Shown in pieces: positions 23,521-33,076 of a stretch of 45,511 bases of DNA (the stretch's first letter is position 1; every line of letters starts with the position of its first letter). The translations under genes were made by a program, and so were the position numbers. This DNA comes from Verrucomicrobiota bacterium. GTDB taxonomy: Bacteria; Verrucomicrobiota; Verrucomicrobiia; Opitutales; UBA953. The notes beneath the pieces are model-generated. The model ran no database searches, had not been told where the DNA came from, and was given only the letters and a program-made list of their open reading frames with translations. The stretch lies in contig JBEELT010000001.1 in NCBI GenBank assembly GCA_041167995.1, positions 1 to 45,511 of the forward strand, read 5' to 3'.

Positions 23521-24264
23521 TCAGATAGCCATGCCACCGTCAACCGAAAAGACCTGCCCGGTGATGTACCCACCTTCCTCGGAAGCGAGGAAATCCACCA
23601 TGGCGGCGATATCGTTGACCGAGCCAAAACGGCCCAGGGGGATGACCCCGAGGATCTTCTGTTTAATCTCCTCCGAGAGCTCCCCCGTCATATCAGTCGT
23701 GATGAAGCCAGGAGCCACCGCGTTGGCGGTGATGCTCCGGCCGGCCAGTTCGCGAGCGAGGGTCATGGTCAGGCCATGGAGACCAGCCTTGGCGGCGGCA
23801 TAGTTGGCCTGGCCGGCGTTCCCCTGGACCCCAGTGACCGAGGAGATGCTGATGATGCGACCCCAGCGCTTCTTGGTCATCGGACGCACGAGACCCTTGG
23901 TCCAATAGAAGGCCGAGGAGAGGTTGGTAGAGATGACATCGCTCCAGTCCTGCTCAGACATGGCCATGACCAGTTTGTCGCGGGTGATACCGGCGTTGTT
24001 GACGAGGATCTCGACGGCGCCGAACTCGGTGACGATTTGCTCGCAGGCCTTCGCGACCGCGGCGGCGTCGGAGACGTCGACTTGGTAGGCCTTGGCTTTC
24101 TGCCCCTTGGCCACGATGTCGTTGGCGACCACGACGCAGGTGTCCGACTTGGAGACGCAAAGCACGGTGTGCCCGTGGGCGGCGAGTCGTTCCGCGATGG
24201 CCTTGCCGATACCGCGACCGGCACCGGTGACGAGGGCGACGCGAGGAGAGTGCGTGAGATGCAT
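23521..24264 (-). CDS. fabG: 3-oxoacyl-ACP reductase (SDR)
   Basis: TGAGRGIG cofactor motif, NNAGI, catalytic YAAAKAG. It sits immediately upstream of acpP-fabF. Confidence 0.93.
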   Translation of the reverse strand: MHLTHSPRVALVTGAGRGIGKAIAERLAAHGHTVLCVSKSDTCVVVANDIVAKGQKAKAYQVDVSDAAAVAKACEQIVTEFGAVEILVNNAGITRDKLVMAMSEQDWSDVISTNLSSAFYWTKGLVRPMTKKRWGRIISISSVTGVQGNAGQANYAAAKAGLHGLTMTLARELAGRSITANAVAPGFITTDMTGELSEEIKQKILGVIPLGRFGSVNDIAAMVDFLASEEGGYITGQVFSVDGGMAI

Positions 24265-24334
24265 CGGAGTGGATTTGTGGGTGGAAATCCGCCAGGTGGC
24301 AAGTGGCGAAAACGCCGCCCCACCCCGCCCCGGC

Positions 24335-25522
24335 TCAGTAGACGTCGCGCTGGTAGCGGCCGTCCTTCTTGAGCTGCTTGACCCACTCCCCGGCGGCCTC
24401 GGGCGTCATCCCGCCCTGCTCGGCCACCACGGCGTGCAGCGCGGCGTCGACGTCCTTGGCCATGCGCTTGGCGTCGCCGCAGACATAGAAATAGGCGCCC
24501 TGCTGGAGCCACTTCCAGAGCTCGGTCGCCTGCTCGCGCATGCGGTCCTGCACGTAGACCTTGGCGGTCTGATCGCGCGAGAAGGCAGTGTCGAGCCGCG
24601 TCAGCGCGCCCGACGCGAGGTAGGCCGCCCACTCTTCGGCGTAGAGGAAATCATACTCTTTGCGCTGGTCGCCGAAGAAGAGCCAGTTCGGACCCTTCGC
24701 GCCGCGGGTCGCGCGATCCATGACGAAGCTGCGGAACGGGGCGACGCCAGTGCCGGGGCCGACCATGATGATGGGAACGTTGTCGTCGGCCGGCAGGCCG
24801 AAGTGGGACTCGGCGACGAAGATAGGCAGGTCGGGCTGCTCCATCCGGGCGCGGTCGGCGAGGTAGCTCGAGCAGACGCCTTCGCGGGGGCGGGCGTTGG
24901 TCTCGTAGCGGACGACCGCGACGGTGAGGTGGATCTCATCGGGGTAACGCGACGGGGCTGAGGAGATTGAGTAAAGGCGCGGCATCAGTTTCCGCTGCAG
25001 TTCGACGACTTCCTGGGCGGAGGGACGGGCGGACGGGAACTCCTCGAAGAGGTCGACGAACTCGCGCTGCTCGAGCCAGGCCTTCTTCTTCTCCGGGTCG
25101 GCCTCGGCGAGACGGGCAGCCAAGGCTTCCTTCTGGTCCGTCGCGAGCGCGCGGTCGTGGAGCAGCTGCACGAACTTGTAGGTCGGGCCGTTCAGCGCGA
25201 CGCGCTTCGCCCACGCCTCGCGGAGCGCGATCGGCGCGGGGTCCTTGGGGAGGGTGACGGCTTCGTCGCCCGTGAAGCCGGCGGCCTGCAGCAAAGCAGC
25301 GACGGCCGCGGGGTTGTTCGTCGGGAAGACACCCAGGGAATCGCCGCACTGATAAGTCAGACCGCTACCGGCGAGGGACACCGAGAAATGCTGGGTGTCT
25401 TTCTGGCTGGCGGGCGAGCTCAGGCGACGACGGTCGATTAGGCGGGCGGGGAAAGGGTTGTTCTTGTCGTAAGCCACGGCGGGAGGAATGACCGCAGGAT
25501 GAGCACCCCACGGCGTTGGCAA
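24335..25522 (-). CDS. CysJ-like FAD/NADPH oxidoreductase module (diflavin reductase C-terminal half, no flavodoxin domain)
   Basis: RLYSISSAP (FAD), GPGTGVAPFRSF and YVCGDAKRMAKDV (NADPH), C-terminal DVY. The listed start at 25522 is TTG. An in-frame GTG at 25477 (giving MAYDKNNPFPARL) is an alternative. Confidence 0.8.
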   Translation of the reverse strand: MPTPWGAHPAVIPPAVAYDKNNPFPARLIDRRRLSSPASQKDTQHFSVSLAGSGLTYQCGDSLGVFPTNNPAAVAALLQAAGFTGDEAVTLPKDPAPIALREAWAKRVALNGPTYKFVQLLHDRALATDQKEALAARLAEADPEKKKAWLEQREFVDLFEEFPSARPSAQEVVELQRKLMPRLYSISSAPSRYPDEIHLTVAVVRYETNARPREGVCSSYLADRARMEQPDLPIFVAESHFGLPADDNVPIIMVGPGTGVAPFRSFVMDRATRGAKGPNWLFFGDQRKEYDFLYAEEWAAYLASGALTRLDTAFSRDQTAKVYVQDRMREQATELWKWLQQGAYFYVCGDAKRMAKDVDAALHAVVAEQGGMTPEAAGEWVKQLKKDGRYQRDVY

Positions 25523-25540
25523 CCCTCTTTTGACCGCGGG

Positions 25541-26221
25541 CTACTTCCAGACCTTGACCCAGTCCACCTCGACATCATCGGGCAACTTGCCCGGGACGAG
25601 GTTCTTGCGCTCGGAATCGCCGACCCAGTTGCCCAGGTAGACGTGCATGGGCTCTTGGACCTCGGGCTTATCGAGTTTATGGATCAGCTTGCCGTTGAAG
25701 TACCATCCATAGGCCTTCTCGGTCCAGGCGAAGCCGTAGGTGTTGAAGCCCTTGGAGGTCTGGTTGGGCCGGAGCACCAGGTCCGTCTTGACGGGCTTGA
25801 GTTCGCGGAGCCCCTTGTTGTCGGCAATCCGGGCCCAAGGTACCAGCCGGTCCTCGCCGAAGCACTCGAAGAGTAGCGAGGCGACCGGCGGCTCGGTGGT
25901 CAGCTTATTGCGTACCAGGAAGGCGCCATGATGCCCACGCTGGGCGTTGAAACGGATCGAAGCCTCGAAGTAGCCGAAGGTCTGGGTGAACTTGCCCCGC
26001 GTGCTGATCGCAGTGCCCTGCCAACCATCGGGCCGATCGATGAGGGTCAGCAGGAGCTTGCCGCCCTTCAGCGACGCCGCTTGGGCGTTGCCCTCCATGA
26101 CCCATTTGGCGGTGTCCAACGCGGCGCCGTCGAACTCGTCGGAGAACGCGAGCTTCAGCTTGGCGGTGGGGTCGGCCGCGACGACCGCGAGCGGGAGGAG
26201 CCAGCAGAGAAGACGACGCAT
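25541..26221 (-). CDS. Secreted GH16-like concanavalin-type lectin/glucanase fold protein, copy A
   Basis: Signal peptide, then AFSDEFDG..LD..KW, FGYFEASIRF, YGFAWTEKAYGWYFNGK and C-terminal VEVDWVKVWK, which match the GH16 pattern. The canonical ExDx(x)E motif is not intact (LLFECFGED). Confidence 0.65.
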   Translation of the reverse strand: MRRLLCWLLPLAVVAADPTAKLKLAFSDEFDGAALDTAKWVMEGNAQAASLKGGKLLLTLIDRPDGWQGTAISTRGKFTQTFGYFEASIRFNAQRGHHGAFLVRNKLTTEPPVASLLFECFGEDRLVPWARIADNKGLRELKPVKTDLVLRPNQTSKGFNTYGFAWTEKAYGWYFNGKLIHKLDKPEVQEPMHVYLGNWVGDSERKNLVPGKLPDDVEVDWVKVWK

Positions 26222-26228
26222 GGCACGG

Positions 26229-26924
26229 TCACTTCCAGACCTTGACCCAGTCGACCTGCAAAGGCTCCGGACCGTTCGTCGGGTTCATAAAATCCTTCAC
26301 CTTACCGCCTTCGGCCGTGTGGTGGCAAAATTCGACGTACATCGGGGTGGTCGGGGTGGTCTTCAGCTCGAGGCGATGGACTTTTTTCCCGTCGACGTAC
26401 CACTCGAAGTACTTCGAAGTCCAATGGACGCCGTAGGTATGGAACTTCTTATAGGAGGCACCGCCATCGAAATCGATCCCGTGCTTGACCGGTTTGAGCA
26501 TGCGGAGCCCGGTATTGTCGGCCACCTGCGCGCCGGGGACGATGCGGTCATCACCCCAACCATCGAAGAAGAGCCGGGCGGAGGGCGGTTCGTCGAGGCT
26601 GGCATTGCGCACCTCGAAACGCCCGGTACGACCGTTGGTCTGGAGCATGCGGACCGAGGCCTCGAAGTAGCCGCTGAGCTGGGTGAACTTGCGGGCCGAG
26701 TTCAGGGTGCTGCTGATCCAGAGGCCGGGCTCCTTGCCGGGCAGGAGATTCAGGTTGGCCTTGCCGTCCTTGATCGTGACGGAGTTGTGAACGTTCCACT
26801 TGGTCGCATCGATCTCGGGGGTGTTAAACTCATCCGACCAGGCGAGCTTCATCTGGGAGTTGGGCGCGGCCGAGGCGGCGAGCGGCAGCAGGGGCAGGAG
26901 GGCGAGGAGACGAAGGCGTCGCAT
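26229..26924 (-). CDS. Secreted GH16-like lectin/glucanase fold protein, copy B (tandem paralog)
   Basis: The ATG verified at 26924 gives the signal peptide MRRLRLLALLPLLPLAASA; the track start at 26948 is TTG. Motifs: AWSDEFN, SGYFEASVRM, YGVHWTSKYFEWYVDGK, LQVDWVKVWK. The catalytic position reads LFFDGWGDD. Confidence 0.65.
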   Translation of the reverse strand: MRRLRLLALLPLLPLAASAAPNSQMKLAWSDEFNTPEIDATKWNVHNSVTIKDGKANLNLLPGKEPGLWISSTLNSARKFTQLSGYFEASVRMLQTNGRTGRFEVRNASLDEPPSARLFFDGWGDDRIVPGAQVADNTGLRMLKPVKHGIDFDGGASYKKFHTYGVHWTSKYFEWYVDGKKVHRLELKTTPTTPMYVEFCHHTAEGGKVKDFMNPTNGPEPLQVDWVKVWK

Positions 26925-26988
26925 GGGGGTGAGTCCATTCGAACCCAAATCCGACGGCTGGCAAGCGGGATGAACCCGACGGGCGGCC

Positions 26989-27693
26989 TCAGGCCCCGAA
27001 AATCTCGTCGATTTCCTTGCGGCTCAGGGGGCGGCAATCGCCAAGCGGCATTTTCCGGAGGACCAGTCCCCCGATCTGGAAGCGGCACAGGACCTTCACA
27101 TGGAAACCGAAGATCTCGAGCAGTCGCCGGATCTCGCGCTTGCGCCCCTGGTCGAGGTGGATCTCCAGGCGGGTCGGGTCTTCCGGGTGGCGAATGACTT
27201 TCTTGAAGCGCAGCATCTCCCCTTCCTCGACGGCGCCCTTCAGAAGGCGGGGCGTCAGGGTCGGGTCGTAGTCGCGGTTCAAGGTGATCTCGTAGCGCTT
27301 GATGATGCCGCCCGAGGGGTGCATCACCTTGTTCGCGAGCGCGCCGTCGTTGGTCAGCAGGAGCAGCCCTTCGGAATCCTTGTCGAGCCGGCCTACGCAG
27401 AAAAGGCGCAGCGGACGGTACTCCGGCGGTACCATGTCGAACACGGTCTGACCGCCATGGGAGTCGTCATTGGTGCAGAGAAAACCGCGCGGCTTGTTCA
27501 TCATCAGCACGACGGTCCGGGCGAGCGGCTTGATGTGTTGCCCCCGGCACTTGACCACGTCGACGGCGGGATCGACCGGCTGGCCGGTGGCCGCGACTTT
27601 GCCGTTGATGAAGACCTCGCCGCCCGCGACCAGGCGCTCCGCCTCCCGGCGGGAGCAGACTCCCGCCTGGGCGAGGAACTTGTGGATGCGCAT
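26989..27693 (-). CDS. RsuA/RluB-family rRNA pseudouridine synthase
   Basis: The ATG verified at 27693 (MRIHKFLAQAGVCSRREAERLV, an S4 domain) is preceded by gaagga. Catalytic motif VGRLDKDSEGLLLLTNDG. The track start at 27711 is GTG. Confidence 0.85.
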   Translation of the reverse strand: MRIHKFLAQAGVCSRREAERLVAGGEVFINGKVAATGQPVDPAVDVVKCRGQHIKPLARTVVLMMNKPRGFLCTNDDSHGGQTVFDMVPPEYRPLRLFCVGRLDKDSEGLLLLTNDGALANKVMHPSGGIIKRYEITLNRDYDPTLTPRLLKGAVEEGEMLRFKKVIRHPEDPTRLEIHLDQGRKREIRRLLEIFGFHVKVLCRFQIGGLVLRKMPLGDCRPLSRKEIDEIFGA

Positions 27694-27815
27694 AGGTCCT
27701 TCGTCGGGCACGCCCTACCCTTGGGGCCTTTCCGCCCGCAGGGCGAGACAATCACGCGGCGACCCGCGGACGGACTTTTTCTCGCCCTCGGGCCCGGGTT
27801 CGTCCTACTAGGCCC

Positions 27816-28682
27816 ATGCGCCTTATCGACGGAAACGCCATCGCCCAGCAGGTCCTTGCCGAAGTCAAGGCCCGCGTCGCCCAGCTCGCCCCGATCGTCC
27901 CCCACGTCGCGTTCGTCCGCGTCGGCGACGACCCCGCCTCGGTCTCCTACGTCACCAAGAAGCAGAAGACCGCCGCCGAGGTCGGGATGAAGGCCAGCCT
28001 CCAGCTCTTCCCCGCGACGGTGACCAAGGAAGAACTCTTCCGCCACCTCGACGCCCTCAATGCCGACGCCTCGGTCCATGGCATCCTGATCCAGGCCCCG
28101 CTACCGAAGCACCTGCCCGAGACGGAGGTCTTCAACCGCGTGTCTCCCGACAAGGACGTCGACGGCTTCGGCACGCAGAGCATCGGCCGACTCGTGCAGG
28201 AACTGCCTGGCGCCTTCGCGGCCTGCACCCCCGCCGGCGTGATCGAGCTCCTGCGCCGCTCCGGCGTCGAGACCGCTGGGAAGCACGCCGTGGTCGTCGG
28301 CCGCTCGCTCATCGTAGGTAAGCCTGCGGCCGCCCTGCTCCTCGCCAAAGGCTGCGACTGCACCGTGACCATCGCCCATTCGCGCACCAAGGACCTGGCC
28401 GGAATCGTCCGCCAGGCCGACATCGTGGTCGCCGCGATCGGCAAGCCCCGATTCATCACGGCCGACATGGTCAAGCCCGGCGCCGTCGTCATCGACGTGG
28501 GCATCAACCGCGTGCCAGACGCCTCCAAGAAGACCGGCTACCGCATCGTGGGAGACGTCGATTTCGACGCGGTGGCGCCCGCCTGCGAGGCCATCACGCC
28601 CGTCCCGGGTGGCGTGGGGCCGATGACAGTGGCCATGCTGATGAAGAACACGGTCGACGCCTGCGCGCGCCAGCGTGGCTGA
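27816..28682 (+). CDS. folD: Bifunctional methylenetetrahydrofolate dehydrogenase / methenyl-THF cyclohydrolase
   Basis: 288 aa with [31 protein letters not shown] and [14 protein letters not shown]. Confidence 0.95.
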   Translation: MRLIDGNAIAQQVLAEVKARVAQLAPIVPHVAFVRVGDDPASVSYVTKKQKTAAEVGMKASLQLFPATVTKEELFRHLDALNADASVHGILIQAPLPKHLPETEVFNRVSPDKDVDGFGTQSIGRLVQELPGAFAACTPAGVIELLRRSGVETAGKHAVVVGRSLIVGKPAAALLLAKGCDCTVTIAHSRTKDLAGIVRQADIVVAAIGKPRFITADMVKPGAVVIDVGINRVPDASKKTGYRIVGDVDFDAVAPACEAITPVPGGVGPMTVAMLMKNTVDACARQRG

Positions 28683-29268
28683 GCGCCCTCCGCCCCTCCC
28701 GCCCGTCCCCGCCGGCCTCTGGTGGCGGACCTTCGCGGCGTTGGCCGACGTCCTCCCGCTGCTCGTGCTGAGCTGGTGGCTGGCGGTCCGGCTCGCGGGG
28801 CCGGACGAACAGACCGCGCTCACGACGGTCGGCGCGTTCTACGATCAGCTGCAGACCCTTTCGCTACAGTCGCAAAGGACCGGCTCCACGGCCGCGCTCT
28901 GGGACCTCGCCCTCCACCCGCCCGAGGCGACGCTGCAAGCGTACGCGACCTGGCTTGGCTACCTCGGCACGGTCTCGTTCTGCTTGGTCGGCGCGGCGCT
29001 CAGCGCCCAAGAGTGGCTCGGCCAAGGCCGCACCCTCGGCAAGCGAATCTTCCACCTCCGCTCCATCGACGTCACCACGGGCGAAGCCCCGGGCTTCCTG
29101 CCAGCCTTGCTGCGCTCGGCCTGGAAAACGGCCTTCCTCTGCCTGCCGAACCCGCTCTTCACCCTGCTCGGGATCGTGAACGCCCACGTGCCGCTTTTCC
29201 GGAAAGATCGTCGCGCCTGGCATGACCTCTGGACCCGCACCCAGGTGGTCGAGGACGACCCCCACTGA
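28675..29268 (+). CDS. RDD-family membrane protein
   Basis: The GTG start at 28675 overlaps the folD stop by 8 nt. Motifs: [17 protein letters not shown], then LGKRIFHLR and [13 protein letters not shown], typical of RDD domains. Confidence 0.65.
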   Translation: MAERPPPLPPVPAGLWWRTFAALADVLPLLVLSWWLAVRLAGPDEQTALTTVGAFYDQLQTLSLQSQRTGSTAALWDLALHPPEATLQAYATWLGYLGTVSFCLVGAALSAQEWLGQGRTLGKRIFHLRSIDVTTGEAPGFLPALLRSAWKTAFLCLPNPLFTLLGIVNAHVPLFRKDRRAWHDLWTRTQVVEDDPH

Positions 29269-29276
29269 CTTTGCGC

Positions 29277-30161
29277 ATGAAGGCCGCCTGTCTCATCCTC
29301 GGCACCCTGCAGGTGCTCCTCGCCGCCGACCTACCCTTGCCCCCGCTGATGGAGGGCCCACCCGTGGCCGGGCGGCGCGTCGCGGTCACCGCGCCGGAAT
29401 ACACCGGGACGCAGGTGCGCCATCTGCTCGCCCTCCCCGATGACTGGACCCCAGATTGGAAGGCCCGCGGAAAAAGCTGGCCGGTCATCGCCGAGTACAC
29501 CGGCAACTATTTCCCGGCCTCCGGTTCGACCGGCGAGGTCGAAGGCGCCGCCCTCGGTTACGGCGTCTCCCGAGGCAAGGCCCTCTGGATTGTCCTACCC
29601 TACGTCGCGAAGGACCGGCGGAAGAACGAGGTGACCTGGTGGGGTGACGTCGAAGCGACCGTCGGCTACGCCAAGACCAACCTCCCCCGGATCTGCGCGG
29701 AGTTCGGCGGAGATGCCAAGCGGGTCGTGCTCTGCGGCTTCTCGCGCGGGGCCATCGGCGTCGCGTTCCTCGGCCTGCATGACGACGAGGTCGCTGGCCT
29801 GTGGTGCGGCCTCTGGGCCCACGACCATTTCGATGGCGTGCAGGCCTGGAGCGCACCTTGGGGCGCCCCGCTCGCGCGCTACCGCGAGGAAGCCGCCGTC
29901 CGGCTGCGTCGCCTACAGGACCGACCCGTCCTGATCAGCCAGGGCCACCCCGGCGAGCAGACCCGGGAGTTCGTCGCGCCCATCGTCCCGAAAAACGTCT
30001 ACTACCTGACGGTCGATATGACGGCGCTCTACGGACCCTTCCCCAACGCGGCGGTCAAGCACCCGCACAACGATCGCTGGCCTTTGCGCGACGGTCCGGC
30101 GACCGCATCCGCGCGGGCGTGGTTCGAGCGCGTGACGGCGACAGGAAAGCCCGCGAAGTAA
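29277..30161 (+). CDS. Secreted alpha/beta-hydrolase-like protein (esterase type)
   Basis: The ATG at 29277 gives the signal peptide MKAACLILGTLQVLLAA; the track start at 29271 is TTG. Nucleophile elbow GFSRGA. No closer family recognised. Confidence 0.6.
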   Translation: MKAACLILGTLQVLLAADLPLPPLMEGPPVAGRRVAVTAPEYTGTQVRHLLALPDDWTPDWKARGKSWPVIAEYTGNYFPASGSTGEVEGAALGYGVSRGKALWIVLPYVAKDRRKNEVTWWGDVEATVGYAKTNLPRICAEFGGDAKRVVLCGFSRGAIGVAFLGLHDDEVAGLWCGLWAHDHFDGVQAWSAPWGAPLARYREEAAVRLRRLQDRPVLISQGHPGEQTREFVAPIVPKNVYYLTVDMTALYGPFPNAAVKHPHNDRWPLRDGPATASARAWFERVTATGKPAK

Positions 30162-30179
30162 GCCGGCGGCGGCGGGCAC

Positions 30180-30205
30180 AAAAAAGCCCCGGGGTGAGCC
30201 GGGGC
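30180..30205 (-). terminator. Intrinsic terminator of pnp (may also serve the convergent plus-strand operon)
   Basis: A 7-bp GC stem, gccccgg (30186-30192) pairing with ccggggc (30199-30205). On the minus strand it is followed by tttttt. Confidence 0.75.
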
Positions 30206-30228
30206 CTTGTTGACGAACTCAGCCAGGA

Positions 30229-32469
30229 TTAACCCTGGACGCCTTCGCTGTCACCGCCGCGTTCGCGGAAGGGACGGCGCTCGCCACGGTCCGGACGGTC
30301 GCCACGGGGGCGGTCCATCGGCTTCGGGGCGGGCGCGTAGTCGCGACCTTCCTTCTCGGCGATGGCGGCGCGGCGCGAGAGGCGCACGCGACCCTTGTCG
30401 TCGATGCCGACGCACTTGACGATGATCTCGTCGCCGAGCTTGCAGATATCCTCGACGCGCTCGACGCGCTGGTCGGCGAGCTCGGAGACGTGCACGAGGC
30501 CTTCCTGGCCGGGGAGGCATTCGACGAAGGCGCCGAATTCCTTCACGGAGCGGACGACGCCCTTGTAGGTCTTGTTGATCTCGATCTGGGCCGAGAGAAG
30601 GTTAACCTCATTGACCGCGCGAGCGAGGGACTCGCCGTCGGTCGCGAAGATCGTGACCCAACCGGAGTCGTCCTGGTCGATGTCGAGCTGGCAACCGGTG
30701 TACTCGGTGATGCGCTTGATGTTCTTGCCGCCCGGGCCGATGAGCGCGCCGATCTTATCGGACGGGATCTTGATGCGGTGGGTGCGGGGGGCGCAGGGCT
30801 TCAGTTCCGGACGGGTCGTCGGCATGGTCTTGGCCATGATATCGAGGATGGCGTCGCGGGAGACCTTGTTCTGGGCGATGGCTTCCTTGGCGATGCCGAT
30901 CGGCAGGCCGTGGATCTTCAGGTCGAGCTGGAAAGCGGTGATGCCTTCACGCGTGCCGCAGATCTTGAAGTCCATGTCGCCGTAGTGGTCTTCGGCGCCG
31001 ATGATGTCGGTCAGCACACGATGCTTCACGATCTTACCGGAAGCGTCTTCGGTCACGAGACCGCAGGAGATACCGGCCACCGGAGCCTTGATGGGCACGC
31101 CGGCGTCGAGGAGCGCGAGGGTACCACCACAGACGGAAGCCATCGAGGTGGAGCCGTTGGACTCCATGATCTCGGAGACGAGGCGGATGGAGTACGGGAA
31201 GTCCTGCTCGGAAGGCAGCACGGAGAGCAGCGAGCGCTCGGCCAGGTTGCCGTGGCCGGTTTCGCGGCGGGAGGTCATGCCGAAACGGCCAGTCTCACCC
31301 ACCGAGAAGGGCGGGAAGTTGTAGTGCAGCAGGAACGAGCGCTTGCTCGGGCCGCCGGTGATGGCGTCGACTTCCTGGGCATCCTTGGAAGTGCCGAGGG
31401 TCGCGAGGACGAGACCCTGGGTTTCGCCGCGCTGGAAGAGCGAGGAACCATGGACGCGGGGAAGCACGTCGACTTCGCAGGAAATCGCCCGGAGATCCAA
31501 CGGCTTACGGCCGTCGGCGCGTTCACCGCTCTGGATGATGGCGTTGCGGTAGACCTTCTCCTGGAGCTTCTCGAAGGCCATCTTGATTTGGCGCGAGTCG
31601 AAGACGTCGCCGAGCTCCGCCTTGCAGGCGGCCTTGGCCTTCTCGACTACGACCTTGACGGCGTCGCCGCGCTCCTTCTTGGAGGCGAGGAAGATTGCCT
31701 TCTTCAGTTGGTCGCCTTCACCGGCGACGCGCTCGCAGATGGCGAGGGCCTTCGGTTCACAGACGACGAGCGGGAAGACGCGCTTGGTCTTGGAGTACAT
31801 CGCGGCGAGCTTGCGCTGGGCGGCGATGATCGGCTGGATCGCCTTCTGGGCGTACTCGAGGGCGGCGATGAAGTCGACTTCAGGCAGCTGGTCGGCCGAA
31901 CCTTCGATCATCATCATGTCGCTCTCATTGCCGACGTAGATGAGGTCCAGGTCGGACTCGTACTGCTGTTCGTGGGTCGGGTTAATGACGAACTGCCCGG
32001 CGACGCGACCGAGGCGGATGCCCGCAATCGGACCGTTCCAAGGGATGTCGGAGCAGAGGAGCGCGGCGGAAGCGCCGTTCACCATCAGGACGTCGGCGTC
32101 ATTGATCTGGTCGGCCGAGAGCAGCAGGCCGATCACCTGGACTTCATTGAGGAAGCCTTCGGGGAAGAGCGGGCGGAGCGGGCGGTCGCAGAGGCGCGAG
32201 GTCAGCACCTCCTTGTCGGAGGGCTTGCCTTCGCGGCGGAAGTAGCTGCCCGGGAAGCGGCCGGCGGCGGCGAACTTCTCGCGGTAGTCGACGGTCAGGG
32301 GGAAGAAGTCCTGGTCCGGGGAGCGGAGATCCTCGGCGGCGGTGGCCGACACGAAGAGCGTGGTCTCTCCCTTGCTGATGGTGACGGCGCCGTTGGCGAG
32401 GCGGGCGATGGAGCCGGTGCTGATGGTGATACCGAGTTCTTCGATAGTCACCGAGTGTTTCTGTTTCAT
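30229..32469 (-). CDS. pnp: Polynucleotide phosphorylase
   Basis: 746 aa with two RNase PH-like halves, KH (IGPGGKNIK) and S1 ([14 protein letters not shown]) domains, and an Arg/Asp/Gly-rich tail of about 50 aa. ATG verified at 32469. Confidence 0.97.
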   Translation of the reverse strand: MKQKHSVTIEELGITISTGSIARLANGAVTISKGETTLFVSATAAEDLRSPDQDFFPLTVDYREKFAAAGRFPGSYFRREGKPSDKEVLTSRLCDRPLRPLFPEGFLNEVQVIGLLLSADQINDADVLMVNGASAALLCSDIPWNGPIAGIRLGRVAGQFVINPTHEQQYESDLDLIYVGNESDMMMIEGSADQLPEVDFIAALEYAQKAIQPIIAAQRKLAAMYSKTKRVFPLVVCEPKALAICERVAGEGDQLKKAIFLASKKERGDAVKVVVEKAKAACKAELGDVFDSRQIKMAFEKLQEKVYRNAIIQSGERADGRKPLDLRAISCEVDVLPRVHGSSLFQRGETQGLVLATLGTSKDAQEVDAITGGPSKRSFLLHYNFPPFSVGETGRFGMTSRRETGHGNLAERSLLSVLPSEQDFPYSIRLVSEIMESNGSTSMASVCGGTLALLDAGVPIKAPVAGISCGLVTEDASGKIVKHRVLTDIIGAEDHYGDMDFKICGTREGITAFQLDLKIHGLPIGIAKEAIAQNKVSRDAILDIMAKTMPTTRPELKPCAPRTHRIKIPSDKIGALIGPGGKNIKRITEYTGCQLDIDQDDSGWVTIFATDGESLARAVNEVNLLSAQIEINKTYKGVVRSVKEFGAFVECLPGQEGLVHVSELADQRVERVEDICKLGDEIIVKCVGIDDKGRVRLSRRAAIAEKEGRDYAPAPKPMDRPRGDRPDRGERRPFRERGGDSEGVQG

Positions 32470-32523
32470 GGTATGTTGTGTGTTGTGCTAGGCGGTATGC
32501 CCGGCGGGTTGTTGGTTGGGTGG

Positions 32524-32558
32524 AAAAAGCGGACGTCCCGGCGCTAGGCCGGGACGTC
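32524..32558 (-). terminator. rpsO terminator/attenuator hairpin in the rpsO-pnp intergenic region
   Basis: An 11-bp perfect stem, gacgtcccggc (32532-32542) pairing with gccgggacgtc (32548-32558), with a 5-nt loop. On the minus strand it is followed by cgcttttt. Confidence 0.7.
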
Positions 32559-32587
32559 TGGGGAACCGAGACGCCCGGAGGCGGCGG

Positions 32588-32848
32588 TCACTTACGCAGG
32601 TTGAGCTTCGCGATCAGGGCGTTGTAACGGTCCAGATCGGTCGACTTGAGGTAGGCGAGCAACTTGCGACGGCGGTTGGTCAGCATGATGAGACCGCGGC
32701 GCGAGTGGAAGTCCTTGCGATGGGAGCGAAGGTGGTCGGTGAGGTGGTTGACGCGGGCCGAAATCAGGGCGACCTGGACTTCGGGCGAACCGGTGTCCTT
32801 GGCATCCTGCTGGTGCTTCTTGATGATATCCGACTTGTCGATCGACAT
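32588..32848 (-). CDS. rpsO: 30S ribosomal protein S15
   Basis: The ATG verified at 32848 gives 86 aa: [53 protein letters not shown]. The track ORF carries a spurious 61-codon extension. Confidence 0.95.
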   Translation of the reverse strand: MSIDKSDIIKKHQQDAKDTGSPEVQVALISARVNHLTDHLRSHRKDFHSRRGLIMLTNRRRKLLAYLKSTDLDRYNALIAKLNLRK

Positions 32849-33076
32849 GGCTGTTATTGGGTTAGTTTGGGTTTGGTTTGGCCGACTTGGGGGAAATCCC
32901 CGAGGCCCCGCCGAACGGCCGGGCGCTCCGTCTGGAATAGGCTTTCGCCTACCGACCAGCGTGAGAAGGGCTCCGCCCCTCTCCCTAACGAAGTAAGCCT
33001 TGGAGATGACAGGCGGCAGGGGGGCAGGCAAGCCGGAAACCCCTCCCCCGCCAAGTTATTCACAGCCCCGAAACGT

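Noticed and set aside
26221-26237. A second sigma54-like TGGCAC box
   Set aside because: TGGCAC is present, but the -12 position reads TC rather than GC, and it sits at the start codon of GH16-like copy A.
27712-27815. Nested inverted repeats (gggcgag...ctcgccc, cgcgg-cgac-ccgcg followed by ttttt) in the divergent region between the RsuA-type pseudouridine synthase gene and folD, as a possible small RNA or riboswitch
   Set aside because: The stems are short (5-7 bp), there is no upstream plus-strand gene to terminate, and no known riboswitch class is recognisable. I judged this insufficient to call a feature.
30490-32547. 685-aa plus-strand ORF
   Set aside because: It is antisense to pnp, a shadow ORF.
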